From an uncultured Gammaproteobacteria bacterium (GTDB lineage Bacteria; Pseudomonadota; Gammaproteobacteria; JABCZS01), in NCBI GenBank assembly GCA_963848305.1, contig CAWKDC010000001.1:1024001-1088000 (forward strand): a stretch of DNA of 64,000 nt. The letters are read 5' to 3'. This document shows positions 31,252 through 42,399 of the stretch, piece after piece. A program made the position numbers and the translations under genes. How positions within the stretch are numbered: the stretch's first letter is position 1; every line of letters begins with the position of its first letter. The notes under the pieces are model-generated. The model worked only from the letters and a program-made list of their open reading frames with translations. It ran no database searches and had not been told where the DNA came from.

Positions 31252-31693
31252 GCAATAATACCTCGAAATTTAATTCACGACCTGATCGTGTTTCTGATGT
31301 ATGCATCTCCACTGAAAACGCTTCTGAAACATGTGACAACCATTTATCCAATGATGCTGCCGTGCGTGCTCGTCCACGCACATGCATTCCTGTTTCATCC
31401 AATGATAAAACGCTGAATGAAATGCCTGGCAATGGCACGGAAAATAAATGCGTGAGCTGATTTTTAACAGTTTCCATGGTTTGATTATCCTTTTTGTTGA
31501 TGTTGTTGTGACTCGCTAATGAGCCTGTTTTTAATTGCTGAATTTGATGGTTCAACAATAAAGCTTGTGCATCGAGCGTGTTTTTGAATACCACACCCCA
31601 TACGGTACATACGGCAACCACGCTGATATACAAGATGAACGCGATATGCTGATGCCGACGAAAAACACGTGCGTGATCAACCCGTAAATTCAT
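31238..31693 (-). CDS. Divergent PilN/HofN-like protein
   Basis: MNL start, TM helix, coiled coil, LPGISFSVLSL...HVRGRA. Confidence 0.55.
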   Translation of the reverse strand: MNLRVDHARVFRRHQHIAFILYISVVAVCTVWGVVFKNTLDAQALLLNHQIQQLKTGSLASHNNINKKDNQTMETVKNQLTHLFSVPLPGISFSVLSLDETGMHVRGRARTAASLDKWLSHVSEAFSVEMHTSETRSGRELNFEVLLHEKP

Positions 31694-32330
31694 GCTCACC
31701 TTCCCGCATCCGCTTAAAAATTCGCCCTACCACATGGTTTGCCGATGGCAATGTGATGCAATGGCCATGATGCGGCTGAAACAAGGCGGTGATAGAACCC
31801 TCCAGGCTATATAAAGGTGCCGCGGCCAAAACGGGCATGGTTTGTACCACACGAGACCACAATGCCCGGGCACTGTCTGAGGTTGGGAGCCCACTGTCTG
31901 CATGGCGTAGCAACCCATACTGGTAGGCACACAATTCAAGGCGCCCGAGCCATCGATAAGCGAGTAAGGAAAATGGCAGGGTTTGTTTGGGTAAAAAACG
32001 GTTTGCCATGATGTTGGGCGCGGTGACATGATCGATCTGGTCTGCTGAAAAAGGCAGACCCGTCCAGGGGTAACCATCAATATGCATGACCGATACCTGG
32101 GTTTTTTGTTGCGACACATCAAAGTGTTGCTCAAAGTTAAACATACCCTGACAACAAGGTTCTGCGCGAACCCGCTGCCATACCCGATAACGGTGCAGGC
32201 GACCCGGCCAACTGAATGACACCACGCGCACGGCATCGCTTGGAAGCCATAAGCGAATGGATGCCGTCGATACTGGAACGGTACCGACCCAACCCCAAGG
32301 GGCAAGGACTATTTCATTGATTTTCATCAT
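31677..32330 (-). CDS. Degenerate PilM/HofM-position protein
   Basis: First gene of the cluster, divergent from mrcA; no clear actin-like motifs. Confidence 0.4.
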   Translation of the reverse strand: MMKINEIVLAPWGWVGTVPVSTASIRLWLPSDAVRVVSFSWPGRLHRYRVWQRVRAEPCCQGMFNFEQHFDVSQQKTQVSVMHIDGYPWTGLPFSADQIDHVTAPNIMANRFLPKQTLPFSLLAYRWLGRLELCAYQYGLLRHADSGLPTSDSARALWSRVVQTMPVLAAAPLYSLEGSITALFQPHHGHCITLPSANHVVGRIFKRMREGEHEFTG

Positions 32331-32506
32331 GTTCTCTTTATTATTATGTTGATGACATGGATTGGCTCGAATTCTATCCGGTTTTTTTTAAAATGCCAAG
32401 AGGTTTGCATGATTTTTTTTCAAAAAAATTGCCACAGCGGGCAATACACTATTATACTAATTAGTGATATTATAAAGTCCCTAAATACGTTGGTTGCATA
32501 ACCCTG

Positions 32507-34912
32507 ATGATACGCCTCCTGACACTTATGTTTAATTTAGGTTTACTCGTCGCTTTCGGCGTCGTGATTGCCGTCATTTATATGAGCGATCAGCTCCCCT
32601 CCGTGGAAATGATGAAAGATGTTCGCCTGCAAACACCTTTACGTGTTTACACGATCGATGGCAAGCTGATTGGCCAGTTTGGTGAAAAGCGCCGTATTCC
32701 CGTCAAACTTGATCATGTTCCCCCGATGATGATCAATGCTTTTGTGTCCACCGAAGATCGCCGTTTTTTCAGCCACGCTGGCGTAGATTTTCGTGGACTG
32801 ATGCGCGCAGCCCACCACGTTTTAACTGAAGGCAACCGTGGTCAAGGGGGCAGCACGATCACCATGCAGCTCGCACGTAACATGTTTTTATCACCTCAAA
32901 AAACATATGTACGAAAAATCAATGAGATTTTATTGGCACTCCAAATTGAAAAAGAATTTTCCAAAAAAGAAATCCTTGAATTATATTTCAACAAAATTTA
33001 TTTAGGCCAACGTGCCTATGGGATTTCAGCCGCCGCGGAAGTGTATTATGGCAAAACATTGAATGAACTCACCATCGCTGAAATGGCCACGATTGCGGGT
33101 TTACCGAAAGCACCTTCCACGATGAACCCCATCAGCAGTCCCACCCGCGCATTAGAGCGCCGTACGCATGTATTGGATGCAATGTTGTCTGAACATTACA
33201 TCACTCAAGCCGAATATGATACCGCCATGAAAGAACCTATTCAAACATATTACCATGCCCCTCAAGTTGAAATTGAAGCGCCTTACGTCGCTGAAATGGC
33301 GCGTCAAGTCATGTTCAATCAATTGGGTGAAGATGCTTACACGATTGGCCTGCAAGTGTATACCACGCTCCACAGTGATCTCCAATTAGCCGCTAATCGA
33401 GCGCTTGAAAATGGCATGGTTCAATACGACAGGCGTCACGGTTTCCGCGGCGTGATCAAACAAATCAAATTATCTGACGATAAAAATGTCTTGCTCAAAA
33501 CGCTGCATGAAATTCCCAATGCCGGTCCGCTCGAAACCGTGTTGGTCATGTCGATCGACGATGCACAGGCCCATGTCTTGATGCGTGATGGAAAAACTAT
33601 CGTTATCCCTGCCACAGCCCTCACCTTCAGCAACCGCAGTGCCAGCGAATTGAATATCAAACCGGGCAGCGTGATCAGGCTGTTTAAAGGGGAAGACAAT
33701 CAATGGATATTGGCACAGCGGCCTCAAGTGGAAGGTGCTTTCGTCGCCATACGCCCACAAGATGGCGCCATTTTAGCGCTGGTCGGTGGGTTTGATTTTT
33801 ATCATAATAATTTTAATATGGCGACACAAGCGGAACGTCAACCGGGTTCCAGCTTCAAACCATTTATTTATTCAGCCGGTTTGGACAATGGCTTCACCGC
33901 TGCCACCTTGATCAATGACGCGCCCATCGTATTTGAAGAAACCGATCACAGCAGCGCGTGGCGCCCACAAAATTATGAACGCCGTTTTTATGGCCCCACA
34001 CGTTTACGCATGGGATTAGTGCGTTCACGTAATCTTGTGTCTATTCGTGTGTTATCGGGCACCGGTTTGGAAACAGCAATTGCATATGCCGAACGTTTCG
34101 GGTTCAGTCGCGGCACCATGCCACTCGGTTTGTCGCTTGCACTCGGTACAAACATTGTCACCCCCCTACAAATGGCGCGTGGTCTCGCCGTATTTGCCAA
34201 TGGCGGTTTTCTCATCACGCCTTACGTGATTGATCATGTCCGCAATGATGCCGGTAAAGTGATTGAACATGCTACACCTGCTTTCGCCTGCGACCCATGC
34301 GACCCCGAAGAGGTATCACGCTTGTTTAGTCATTCACTCGTGAATATTCATGAAGCGCCCCGTGTGATCACACCCGAAAATGCTTATATCATGAGCGACA
34401 TGTTGCGTGATGTCGTACGTCGCGGCACCGCAGTTGGCGCAAAAGTGTTGAACCGATCAGACATTGGCGGCAAGACGGGCACTACACAAGATCAACGCGA
34501 TGGTTGGTTTACCGGTTTTAATCCTGATATCGTCGCGACCAGCTGGATTGGTTTTGACACAGCACGATCGCTCGGTGAATATGGTGCGCAGTCTGCATTG
34601 CCCACATGGGTTGATTTTATGCGCTATGCTTTAAAAGATAAACCTGAACGTTTCATCCCTCAACCTGATGATGTCGTGAGTGTGCGCATTGATCCCCGCA
34701 CTGGGTTATTGGCATCGCCGAATCAAACCGATGCTGAATTTGAATTGTTTACGAAAGACACTGTCCCGACAGAATACGCTGCTGATTCACAAAATGATGA
34801 CGGCGAAAACGACAGTGATAACGACGGTAGCAATCACACAGATATTCAGGAAGATGGTGATCAAGATACAGGACCCGTATCAACAGAGCAACACGATAAC
34901 AATATGTTTTAG
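32507..34912 (+). CDS. mrcA: Penicillin-binding protein 1A
   Basis: EDRRFFSH, GGSTITMQ, RKINE, QPGSSFK, SRN, KTG. Confidence 0.96.
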   Translation: MIRLLTLMFNLGLLVAFGVVIAVIYMSDQLPSVEMMKDVRLQTPLRVYTIDGKLIGQFGEKRRIPVKLDHVPPMMINAFVSTEDRRFFSHAGVDFRGLMRAAHHVLTEGNRGQGGSTITMQLARNMFLSPQKTYVRKINEILLALQIEKEFSKKEILELYFNKIYLGQRAYGISAAAEVYYGKTLNELTIAEMATIAGLPKAPSTMNPISSPTRALERRTHVLDAMLSEHYITQAEYDTAMKEPIQTYYHAPQVEIEAPYVAEMARQVMFNQLGEDAYTIGLQVYTTLHSDLQLAANRALENGMVQYDRRHGFRGVIKQIKLSDDKNVLLKTLHEIPNAGPLETVLVMSIDDAQAHVLMRDGKTIVIPATALTFSNRSASELNIKPGSVIRLFKGEDNQWILAQRPQVEGAFVAIRPQDGAILALVGGFDFYHNNFNMATQAERQPGSSFKPFIYSAGLDNGFTAATLINDAPIVFEETDHSSAWRPQNYERRFYGPTRLRMGLVRSRNLVSIRVLSGTGLETAIAYAERFGFSRGTMPLGLSLALGTNIVTPLQMARGLAVFANGGFLITPYVIDHVRNDAGKVIEHATPAFACDPCDPEEVSRLFSHSLVNIHEAPRVITPENAYIMSDMLRDVVRRGTAVGAKVLNRSDIGGKTGTTQDQRDGWFTGFNPDIVATSWIGFDTARSLGEYGAQSALPTWVDFMRYALKDKPERFIPQPDDVVSVRIDPRTGLLASPNQTDAEFELFTKDTVPTEYAADSQNDDGENDSDNDGSNHTDIQEDGDQDTGPVSTEQHDNNMF

Positions 34913-34929
34913 TCATGCGGGGGAATACC

Positions 34930-35544
34930 ATGCGTAAAACTTCCAAGCGTCAACTCCAAGTACGTGAAACCATTGCACAAGAAGCTGCCAAATGGATGGT
35001 GACTCACGGTATCATCGATTTTGAATCTGCTAAACGTCGTGCCGTGAAATCTCTGGGCATCGACCGAATTGATTCCAATATTTTACCCTCGCATCACCAT
35101 GTGCAACAAGCGTTGATCAGCTACCAACAATTATTCACGGATCCCCATCGCGAAGCGAACCTGTTCATGCTCCGCCAAAAGGCCTATCGTGGCATGTTGA
35201 TATTGAAAGAATTTGATCCACACCTGACCGGTATGGTGTTGGACGGCAGCGCAACCAATCATGTCAATATTGAGCTACATGTCTTCGCCTCTCGGTCTGA
35301 AGAAGTGATGATCCACCTCATCAATTTAAATATTGCACATGAATCGGATGAATACCGCATGCAACTGCTCGACAAGCAATTTAAATCATTCCCTGTCATA
35401 CGTTTTTATTTGGCAGAAAACACGATTGATGCTGTCATTTTCCCTGAGAAAACGTTAAAATACCATGCACGATGCCAAATTCATGGCAAACCGATGGAGC
35501 GTGCTAATTTGGATGCGGTTAAAGTATTGGTGGGGCTGGCATGA
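34930..35544 (+). CDS. Conserved hypothetical protein (possible nucleotidyltransferase-like fold)
   Basis: IAQEAAKWM...AKRRA...PHLTGMVLDG...IELHVF. Confidence 0.6.
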   Translation: MRKTSKRQLQVRETIAQEAAKWMVTHGIIDFESAKRRAVKSLGIDRIDSNILPSHHHVQQALISYQQLFTDPHREANLFMLRQKAYRGMLILKEFDPHLTGMVLDGSATNHVNIELHVFASRSEEVMIHLINLNIAHESDEYRMQLLDKQFKSFPVIRFYLAENTIDAVIFPEKTLKYHARCQIHGKPMERANLDAVKVLVGLA

Positions 35545-36248
35545 TTGGTATTATTGCAGCGATGCACGAAGAAGCTGCTTATTTAATTGAACACATGCAA
35601 AACAAACTCACAACCGAGATTGCGAAAACTGTTTTTACTTCAGGAACACTCAACGGCATGCCCGTTGCGATGGTTGAATGCGGGATCGGCAAAGTCAATG
35701 CAGCTATCGGCACCACATTACTCATTGAACATTTCAAACCCGATTGCGTGATCAACACAGGAACTGCCGGAGGCCTGAACCCCGCACTCACCATGGGAGA
35801 TGTCGTGATTTCAACAGACGTCACGCACCACGATGTTGATTTAACCGTGTGGGGATATGCGCATGGCCAACTGCCCAAATTGCCCGCTGCATTCCTGCCT
35901 GATCTGTCTTTGATCGAGGCTGCTGAGCGTGCTGCATTGAACATGAACATGCACGTCACAAAAGGCCTGATCGTTTCAGGCGACAGTTTTATTTCAACTG
36001 AAAACACTATCGCACGCATCCTCGCATTATTTCCTGCTGTGCAAGCGGTTGAGATGGAAGCTGCTGCCATCGCTCAAGTTTGCCACCAATTTAGTGTCCC
36101 TTTTGTGATCATTCGAGCGATATCAGATGTAGCCGGGAAAGATTCCGTCTTATCCTTCGATGCTTTCTTAAAGCAAGCTGCGCAAAACAGCGCACAATTA
36201 TTGTTGAATACCCTTTCGGAGTGGTCTCATGCAAAAAACCAATGTTGA
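35541..36248 (+). CDS. mtnN: MTA/SAH nucleosidase Pfs
   Basis: [35 protein letters not shown]. Confidence 0.95.
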   Translation: MIGIIAAMHEEAAYLIEHMQNKLTTEIAKTVFTSGTLNGMPVAMVECGIGKVNAAIGTTLLIEHFKPDCVINTGTAGGLNPALTMGDVVISTDVTHHDVDLTVWGYAHGQLPKLPAAFLPDLSLIEAAERAALNMNMHVTKGLIVSGDSFISTENTIARILALFPAVQAVEMEAAAIAQVCHQFSVPFVIIRAISDVAGKDSVLSFDAFLKQAAQNSAQLLLNTLSEWSHAKNQC

Positions 36249-36690
36249 AAGTTTTGATTTAGATCATACCCTCGTGAAAGCGCCTTACATTCGCCTGGCA
36301 GGTGAAATCCCCTCTCCCAAGGGAGACATCGCTTATAAATATGATGTGCGATTTTGCCAACCCAATCAAGCGCACATGGACATGAAAGGGTTGCATTCAC
36401 TCGAACATTTGATGGCTGATCGGATCCGAAACCACCTCAGCGATGTCATCGATCTCAGCCCCATGGGTTGTCAAACAGGGTTTTACTTAACTGTTTTTAA
36501 GCACAACTCTGTTGAAGCCATCGAAGCTGCCCTGGCGCTCACACTCGATGATGTGCTTCAAGCGACAGCAGTGCCCGCGTGCAACATTAAACAATGCGGC
36601 TGGGCGGCCAATCATAGCCTGACGGGAGCACAAGAAATTGCACGTGACATGCTGGCGCATCGAGGAAAATGGCTGAAAGTTTTTGAGTAA
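36229..36690 (+). CDS. luxS: S-ribosylhomocysteine lyase (AI-2 synthase)
   Basis: [26 protein letters not shown]. Confidence 0.96.
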   Translation: MQKTNVESFDLDHTLVKAPYIRLAGEIPSPKGDIAYKYDVRFCQPNQAHMDMKGLHSLEHLMADRIRNHLSDVIDLSPMGCQTGFYLTVFKHNSVEAIEAALALTLDDVLQATAVPACNIKQCGWAANHSLTGAQEIARDMLAHRGKWLKVFE

Positions 36691-36742
36691 CACGGATTTT
36701 CATAGCTCTCTTGATCACTTTTTTAACACTACATTAGATGTT

Positions 36743-36904
36743 TTAACACCTGATCGATCTCATTTTGCAGCCAGTGTCTGCCTCAAGGGTTAATTCGCGC
36801 ACTAGTTTAGACAAAGAGATATGTTCTTCCTTGGCAATCTGATTCAGCATGTCGACGGCTTCGCGTTCCAAACTGACATTGACTCTTGGGCTTTTTGATG
36901 ACAT
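36743..36904 (-). pseudogene. Truncated ribbon-helix-helix antitoxin-like ORF
   Basis: MSSKSPRVNVSLEREAVDMLNQIAKEEHISLSKLVRELTLEA then unrelated tail; RBS GAGGAGG; absent from the ORF track. Confidence 0.55.
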
Positions 36905-37237
36905 GAACTTCCCCTCCTCTCTGAGGGCGTAAGTGTGCCACTTTTATATCACATTATCAATTTTGCGCCTTTACATGCAAAAATATTCATAAAAGATATT
37001 GACAATATCATTGATGATAGTTATTATATCTTTGTTGATGCGGCATTGATGATAACAACGATAAATATGCTGCAGCAATGGCAAGTGCATAAGCGATAAT
37101 AACATAGCACTTGCCGGAAATAAGAGAAGAAGAACAATAAGATAATAAGTAGGAGGGCACTCCCCGACACAGCGCAAACGTGGCCCGGCTGGATCGGGGG
37201 GAAACCCCGTTAAAAAATCTCACCATCTACCATCCCC

Positions 37238-37645
37238 TCACATCTCCCCCATCGGACAAACCTCTGCAGGCTCCGGCACACATTCCCACCAAAATTCTTC
37301 CCTGCGCCAACCTGCATGTGGCAAAAGATCCGCCACAATGTTAAATCCCGGTTGCGCGCGCAGTGATAATGTTTGAGCCATTGCTTCATGCGTATATACA
37401 CATATCGCATAACCTGATGCATCATTTACATCGGGTGCTGACGCATAAGTATGATAATAAATGCCAGCCAACACAGGTTGTGTGCGCTTTCCAGGAACCC
37501 ACTGCCAAAACCCACGCAGGGTTTGTTCGAAATGGCATGAATCGACTTGAGCGGCTTCCTCGCAAATTACCTGAGATGGGCAATAAATATGGGCGAGAGT
37601 GCTGACACTGAAGAGTAATAAAAATAACCCGATGATTTTTTGCAT
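37238..37645 (-). CDS. Small secreted Cys-containing hypothetical protein
   Basis: Signal peptide MQKIIGLFLLLFSVSTLA; six Cys. Confidence 0.65.
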   Translation of the reverse strand: MQKIIGLFLLLFSVSTLAHIYCPSQVICEEAAQVDSCHFEQTLRGFWQWVPGKRTQPVLAGIYYHTYASAPDVNDASGYAICVYTHEAMAQTLSLRAQPGFNIVADLLPHAGWRREEFWWECVPEPAEVCPMGEM

Positions 37646-37732
37646 AATACATTCCTTATTGTTATTGTGTGAATGATGGGATGCATTGTACAATGCTTTT
37701 TTGGTTTTTTGTCAACATTTGGAATGATCACC

Positions 37733-38473
37733 ATGAAAAAATATATGCTCACGTTCACTGCTTTTTTTATCGCAGCCAGCGCGCAGGCGAACATGGAATT
37801 TGTGGCGATGGGCGGTGCGGGTATCATCGATGTTGACGATTTTACGTTGCAAGTCACTGAATGGGAAACTGACAAACTCTTCCAAACCAATCCGAGTGAA
37901 TGGAGTCCGTGGACAGCCCAAATCGGCATGGGCTACATCTACGCGTTTGAAAAACCTCTGCTCACCGGTGATGTGCGTTGGTTTTCCAGCATCACGCCGC
38001 AGATCAACCTCTATTATATGAATGGATACGACATCACTGGCGAAGTATATCAGTTCGAAAGCCCCGAATACCACTTCCTCAATGAAGAGATGCATTATAA
38101 CAGCACAAGGTTGATGTTTGATCTCAACATCAACATTGCCCAATACCAATGGTTGTCTTTGTATGCGATTGCAGGTGCTGGCGCAGCATGGCATGTTTTC
38201 GATATCCATGCCAAACCGAATGAAGCCGGACTGGATTGCGGTGTGATCGCGTATGATTTTCAAACAGGTCGGCTTAACACCTTTGCGTATGAATTTGGTG
38301 CAGGGGTCACGGTTCCGATTGTGAACCATTTCTCAGTATCACTTGAATATTTGTATGCAGGTTTTCATGATATCTCTTTAGAAAATGATGTCAGCGCGGG
38401 TTTTGATATTGAAGGCTCTGAATTGAGTCTGACATCACAATCCATCCTGCTCGGTTTCCGTTTTGCCCTGTGA
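37733..38473 (+). CDS. Outer-membrane beta-barrel (opacity/OmpA-TM-like) protein
   Basis: Signal peptide; FAYEFGAGV, LEYLY, C-terminal GFRFAL. Confidence 0.8.
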   Translation: MKKYMLTFTAFFIAASAQANMEFVAMGGAGIIDVDDFTLQVTEWETDKLFQTNPSEWSPWTAQIGMGYIYAFEKPLLTGDVRWFSSITPQINLYYMNGYDITGEVYQFESPEYHFLNEEMHYNSTRLMFDLNINIAQYQWLSLYAIAGAGAAWHVFDIHAKPNEAGLDCGVIAYDFQTGRLNTFAYEFGAGVTVPIVNHFSVSLEYLYAGFHDISLENDVSAGFDIEGSELSLTSQSILLGFRFAL

Positions 38474-38489
38474 TTGAAAGGAATCAAAC

Positions 38490-38990
38490 ATGTTTAAACA
38501 ACTCTGCACTTTGATCGGATTACTCAGTGTCACCTGCACAGTCATCGCAGACCACTGCCCATTATCCCTCACAGGTCCAACGACAACCACCCTCAATTGC
38601 AGCCCATCTGACACCGAGTTAAATTCGACGGTGCTCACATTCACAGTCACCAACCACACGCACGCACCCATCGGCTTCCACCCTACCATCGGGGGCGCTG
38701 CTCCCACACCATCATCCATTGTCGTGACAGGCGGCAGCTGTCCAAAAAATGTTGTGCGTGCTCGCAACTCGTGTACCGTTGAGGTGACTGTCACCGCAGG
38801 CTTGTGCAGCGCCATTACGCCACCATCTCAAATGATTGATGCCGTACTGGATGTCAAACCTGATATCAATCAAGGTCTTTTGAAACAGCCATTTGAGGTC
38901 ACTGTTAATGGAGCTATCTTTCGCCAAATTTCTTGCGCTGCTCAAAAGGATGGGGAAATCATGTGTCGCTTCCACAAAAATGACATTTGA
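38490..38990 (+). CDS. Secreted Ig-like beta-rich protein, possibly truncated
   Basis: Signal peptide; TFTVTN...GGSC...SCTVEVT. Confidence 0.55.
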   Translation: MFKQLCTLIGLLSVTCTVIADHCPLSLTGPTTTTLNCSPSDTELNSTVLTFTVTNHTHAPIGFHPTIGGAAPTPSSIVVTGGSCPKNVVRARNSCTVEVTVTAGLCSAITPPSQMIDAVLDVKPDINQGLLKQPFEVTVNGAIFRQISCAAQKDGEIMCRFHKNDI

Positions 38991-39120
38991 GTAAGTCAAG
39001 GCCTTTGGCCTTGGGAATTGTCTGCCTCCGGCCTGGGACGATGACCGGAGGAAAGGGGGCTTCACATAAGATCCTTGGCACGGTTCTCCTGAAGCCAATA
39101 ACTAATATATGGAAAAAATT

Positions 39121-39648
39121 TCATTTCCACTTGATCGAACAACCCATGCTGGGGATTTGCTCCCGCGAGCCTTGCCCTGTTTGCGCAATTTGCTGCATGG
39201 CCAATAACAATTCTTGCTTGCCATCACCCGAAAATCGCCCACGGTATTGCAGTTTCAATTCTTTGTTGTATCCGAAAAAATCTGGGGTACACACGGCACC
39301 ATAAGCTTTTGCGGTTGCTTGAGTCGCATCAATTAAATAATGGAATGGGAAATCCAGTTTTTGAGCAAGTTTAGCCATATTGTCCGGCGCATCTTCAGGA
39401 TATTCTTCATAATCATTCGCCATGATCGCGACACAGCCGATACCCTCTTTCATGAGTTGTCGTGCATCTTCAACCAATTCGGGCAAAATCTTTTTCACAT
39501 AAGGGCAATGGTTGCAAATAAACATCACGAGCAAACCTTTCGGCCCGCGACAATCTGCCAAATGATACGTCTTACCTTCACTGTCTTTAAGCACGAAATC
39601 GATGGCGTTTGTATCAAAATCACAAACAGGGGTGTGTAACAGTACCAT
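39121..39648 (-). CDS. Thioredoxin-fold (AhpC/TSA, PRX-like1) protein
   Basis: FICNHCPYV, YGAVCTPDFF, PSMGCSIKW. Confidence 0.9.
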   Translation of the reverse strand: MVLLHTPVCDFDTNAIDFVLKDSEGKTYHLADCRGPKGLLVMFICNHCPYVKKILPELVEDARQLMKEGIGCVAIMANDYEEYPEDAPDNMAKLAQKLDFPFHYLIDATQATAKAYGAVCTPDFFGYNKELKLQYRGRFSGDGKQELLLAMQQIAQTGQGSREQIPSMGCSIKWK

Positions 39649-39934
39649 TGCATTTCTCCGTATATTGAATGTTGAGACATGATACCGCATAAAATGACAC
39701 AATACCAATATGCGGCAAATCATAAATCCTGCAGAGCTGAGTTCTAATACTTATATGCAGTCATATGAGAAAGATTTTGAATCTATTCATCCATAAAAGT
39801 TTAAATGATTTGAGATATGATCACCCAAGGTTGTCATATTCCAATATAGATGAACTGGATGCCAATTGGGCCACAGGCTGTGAACCCATTTGATGGGTGA
39901 CTTTGCGAAACAGCCTGTTTCACAATTAGGAAGT

Positions 39935-41538
39935 TCAAAGAGAGGACTCTGCCATACTCATGTCTTTCAACTCTATCTCTGAAGCCGAAACATCCCCCGT
40001 GTGCCGTTCCTGCTGACCTTGCCTCCAGATAAAATACTGTTGCGTTGGGGCGGGATACTTGGCTATCAGCGCTGCACACAGCTGATGCCAATCACTCGTC
40101 CCTGCGGGATCCTGCGCATAACTTTTCCGCAAAATCATCACGATGTGATGAGCTAACGCACGCTCATTGTTTGCATCCACTGGAAGCCTGCATAAACGGT
40201 TCAATTCATCACGATCTGCCTCCGTCACGTGTCTGGCCGGTGACACAAACATCATATTGTATCCACCGATGGTATAGCGAGGCGTTATCTGGTGCAGCAC
40301 CGCATAACCCGCGAGTCTAAAGGGCCGATTATGCCCAATATTGATTGAATTAGTAATATTAAAATGGCTCCAAAAATTCGGACCAAATATGAGATCTCTG
40401 TTGGCGCCCTTCTCAATCAATCGACAGAAAATCTCGTCGTGATCATTCCCCCCGAGCTCCCTCAGAAGAGCATAGCTAGAATCATCTTGTAATGTTTGAT
40501 TGACAATCTCTGCTGTCATATCTGTTTTGTTCAGAGGGCCATGATAATTTTTTTCCATACTTCTGCAGTTTGTGCATGCGCTTGATTATTTTCTGTATAG
40601 TTCTGAAACGCGCGAAAAAAAGCAAGATAATGATGAATTGCAATGCCCAACAATGTATATGATCTACCATCCATATCATGTTTCCATGCCTCAAGCAAGG
40701 AAGATGTTTGAAATACAAATAATGCACTGCTTTGAACGGGGAATTTTTCATCCTGGATGAATGAAAACAAGGCGCCGAATTGATTTTCTGTGATGGCATC
40801 TGCTACCCACTCACGAGTAATCGAATTAGCATGGGTCGAACGATACTGCGGTTCCCACTTGTTATCATTTACATAGGTCTGGAATGCTGGCCAGTTCAAT
40901 GCCATCTCATGCTGACATTGATTCACCAACGAACACCACGCTTTTGGTTTCTTTTTAAGATCAATGCCCAAAAATTGGAAAAAACCTTCGGGATCATGCT
41001 CAAAGGGAAATCCCTTCACATCAAACATCACTTTTCTTTCTACAAAAAATAACGCTACCTTTGGCTTTCTCTCCGCAATCGCACGATTAAGATAGTGACT
41101 ATCTTTCCCAATAGGCAACGATATCCACAATATGTGAAATAGAAAAGTATCATCGACGGCCAAAGCCTCATCAAAAAATTCGCTGGTGTCTGGGATGCGT
41201 CGAAATAAGGCCGAAATAATACGTTCATTTTTTCCGGGTAGAAACTGCTTGGCCAATGACCTAAAATCCAGCGTTGTTTCTTGCGGAATATGGGATATAA
41301 ATGTGTTAATCAGCTGCGACATGTATTCAGGCACAATCACAATAGAGCCTGTTCCAAATGCACGGTATCTCGCCTCGAAAAATTTGAGTACAGCGCTGAC
41401 CTGGGCTATGTCATTCAAGTCGATGCTCTTTAAATACGCTATCAACCCACTTAGGGTTTCAGCATTCCAAAAGTGGATCGCTGAATACTGCCCCAGCTGT
41501 TCGGTTATCTCTTTGATTTTTTCAGGATGACTTGCCAC
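39935..41538 (-). CDS. Hypothetical effector-like protein, probably one gene split near 40531-40555
   Basis: ORFs 40531..41538 and 39935..40558 overlap on the same strand; GGCCC and an A-run at the junction. Confidence 0.5.
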
Positions 41539-41620
41539 GGTGCACTCCCAATGGGCACTGAATTAAGTCAGCATTGTATCCTGATTTTCAAGCAGAAGGC
41601 AAGGACAGCACGAGGACAAG

Positions 41621-41672
41621 CATAAAAAATGCGTATTCATCAGCCTCGTCAGAGGCGTTAGATGCAGAGCCC
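41621..41672 (+). repeat. Third, partial copy of the cassette-arm motif
   Basis: 33-bp TCAGCCTCGTCAGAGGCGTTAGATGCAGAGCCC identical to 45251-45283. Confidence 0.9.
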
Positions 41673-41736
41673 TTTGAGAAAAGAAACGCACTATCTCATT
41701 TTTGTACAGTTTCCACATCCGAAACGGCTCGACGAT

Positions 41737-42114
41737 CTACATATCCGCATCAGAAGGCTTTCCTTCAATCATCCTGACACTTCCATGAATATGAATGATT
41801 TGATCTTCTTTAAATTTGAAATAGGCAATCACTTCAGCCAGAATAGGTTGCCCGGCAAAATTTTTGCCCGTTGGGTAGTACAGTGCAAAAAGCTCATCTC
41901 CCTGCTCAAGGATATGCCGATAATCGATAGATTCCAGCACGATATTTTTCTTTTGCTCAATCACATGCTCAATGTATGCATCTCTTCGCAAGGTAACCCC
42001 GTTGATCGATTGGTCAAAGTCAGGATGAAAATATTCTTTAATCAGCGCTTCGACATCAGCCTGAGGCGCATAAACTTCAGCCCAAATTTTTTGAAGCAGT
42101 GCCTTGTGACTCAT
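41737..42114 (-). CDS. NTF2/SnoaL-like protein
   Basis: YFHPDFDQSING...YIEHV...EVIAYFKFKEDQI. Confidence 0.65.
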   Translation of the reverse strand: MSHKALLQKIWAEVYAPQADVEALIKEYFHPDFDQSINGVTLRRDAYIEHVIEQKKNIVLESIDYRHILEQGDELFALYYPTGKNFAGQPILAEVIAYFKFKEDQIIHIHGSVRMIEGKPSDADM

Positions 42115-42135
42115 GTATCCAAAAATCCTCGATAA

Positions 42136-42399
42136 TTGCTGGGCCACTAGGACTTGAACCTAGGACCAAAGGGTGGTGAGATCAAAAAATAACGATTCTT
42201 GCAAATTCTACATCACTTCTATTATAGATGAACTGGAGGTCACTTGCGGCACAAGCTGTATCGCAAATGATGAATACACATAGGCGGGTCTAACGCCCCT
42301 TTAAAAAGGTTTTGTTACATAAAAATCGAATATTCTTCAGCCTCGTTAGAGGCGTTAGATACAGAGCCCCATATGCAGCCGCCGCAGGCGGCGGAATGG
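42136..42399 (+). repeat. Cassette arm copy A: tRNA-Ile 3' fragment (att) plus ~230-bp conserved segment
   Basis: 42140-42172 matches tRNA 46587-46620; the whole arm is near-identical to 45049-45304. Confidence 0.95.

Noticed and set aside
36921-36945. MOBQ-like nic site (TAAGTGTGCCAC)
   Set aside because: Partial match, no adjacent inverted repeat or relaxase; more likely part of the relic antitoxin promoter.
37150-37215. GC-rich patch as a possible ncRNA or REP
   Set aside because: Only short imperfect hairpins and no second copy in the window.
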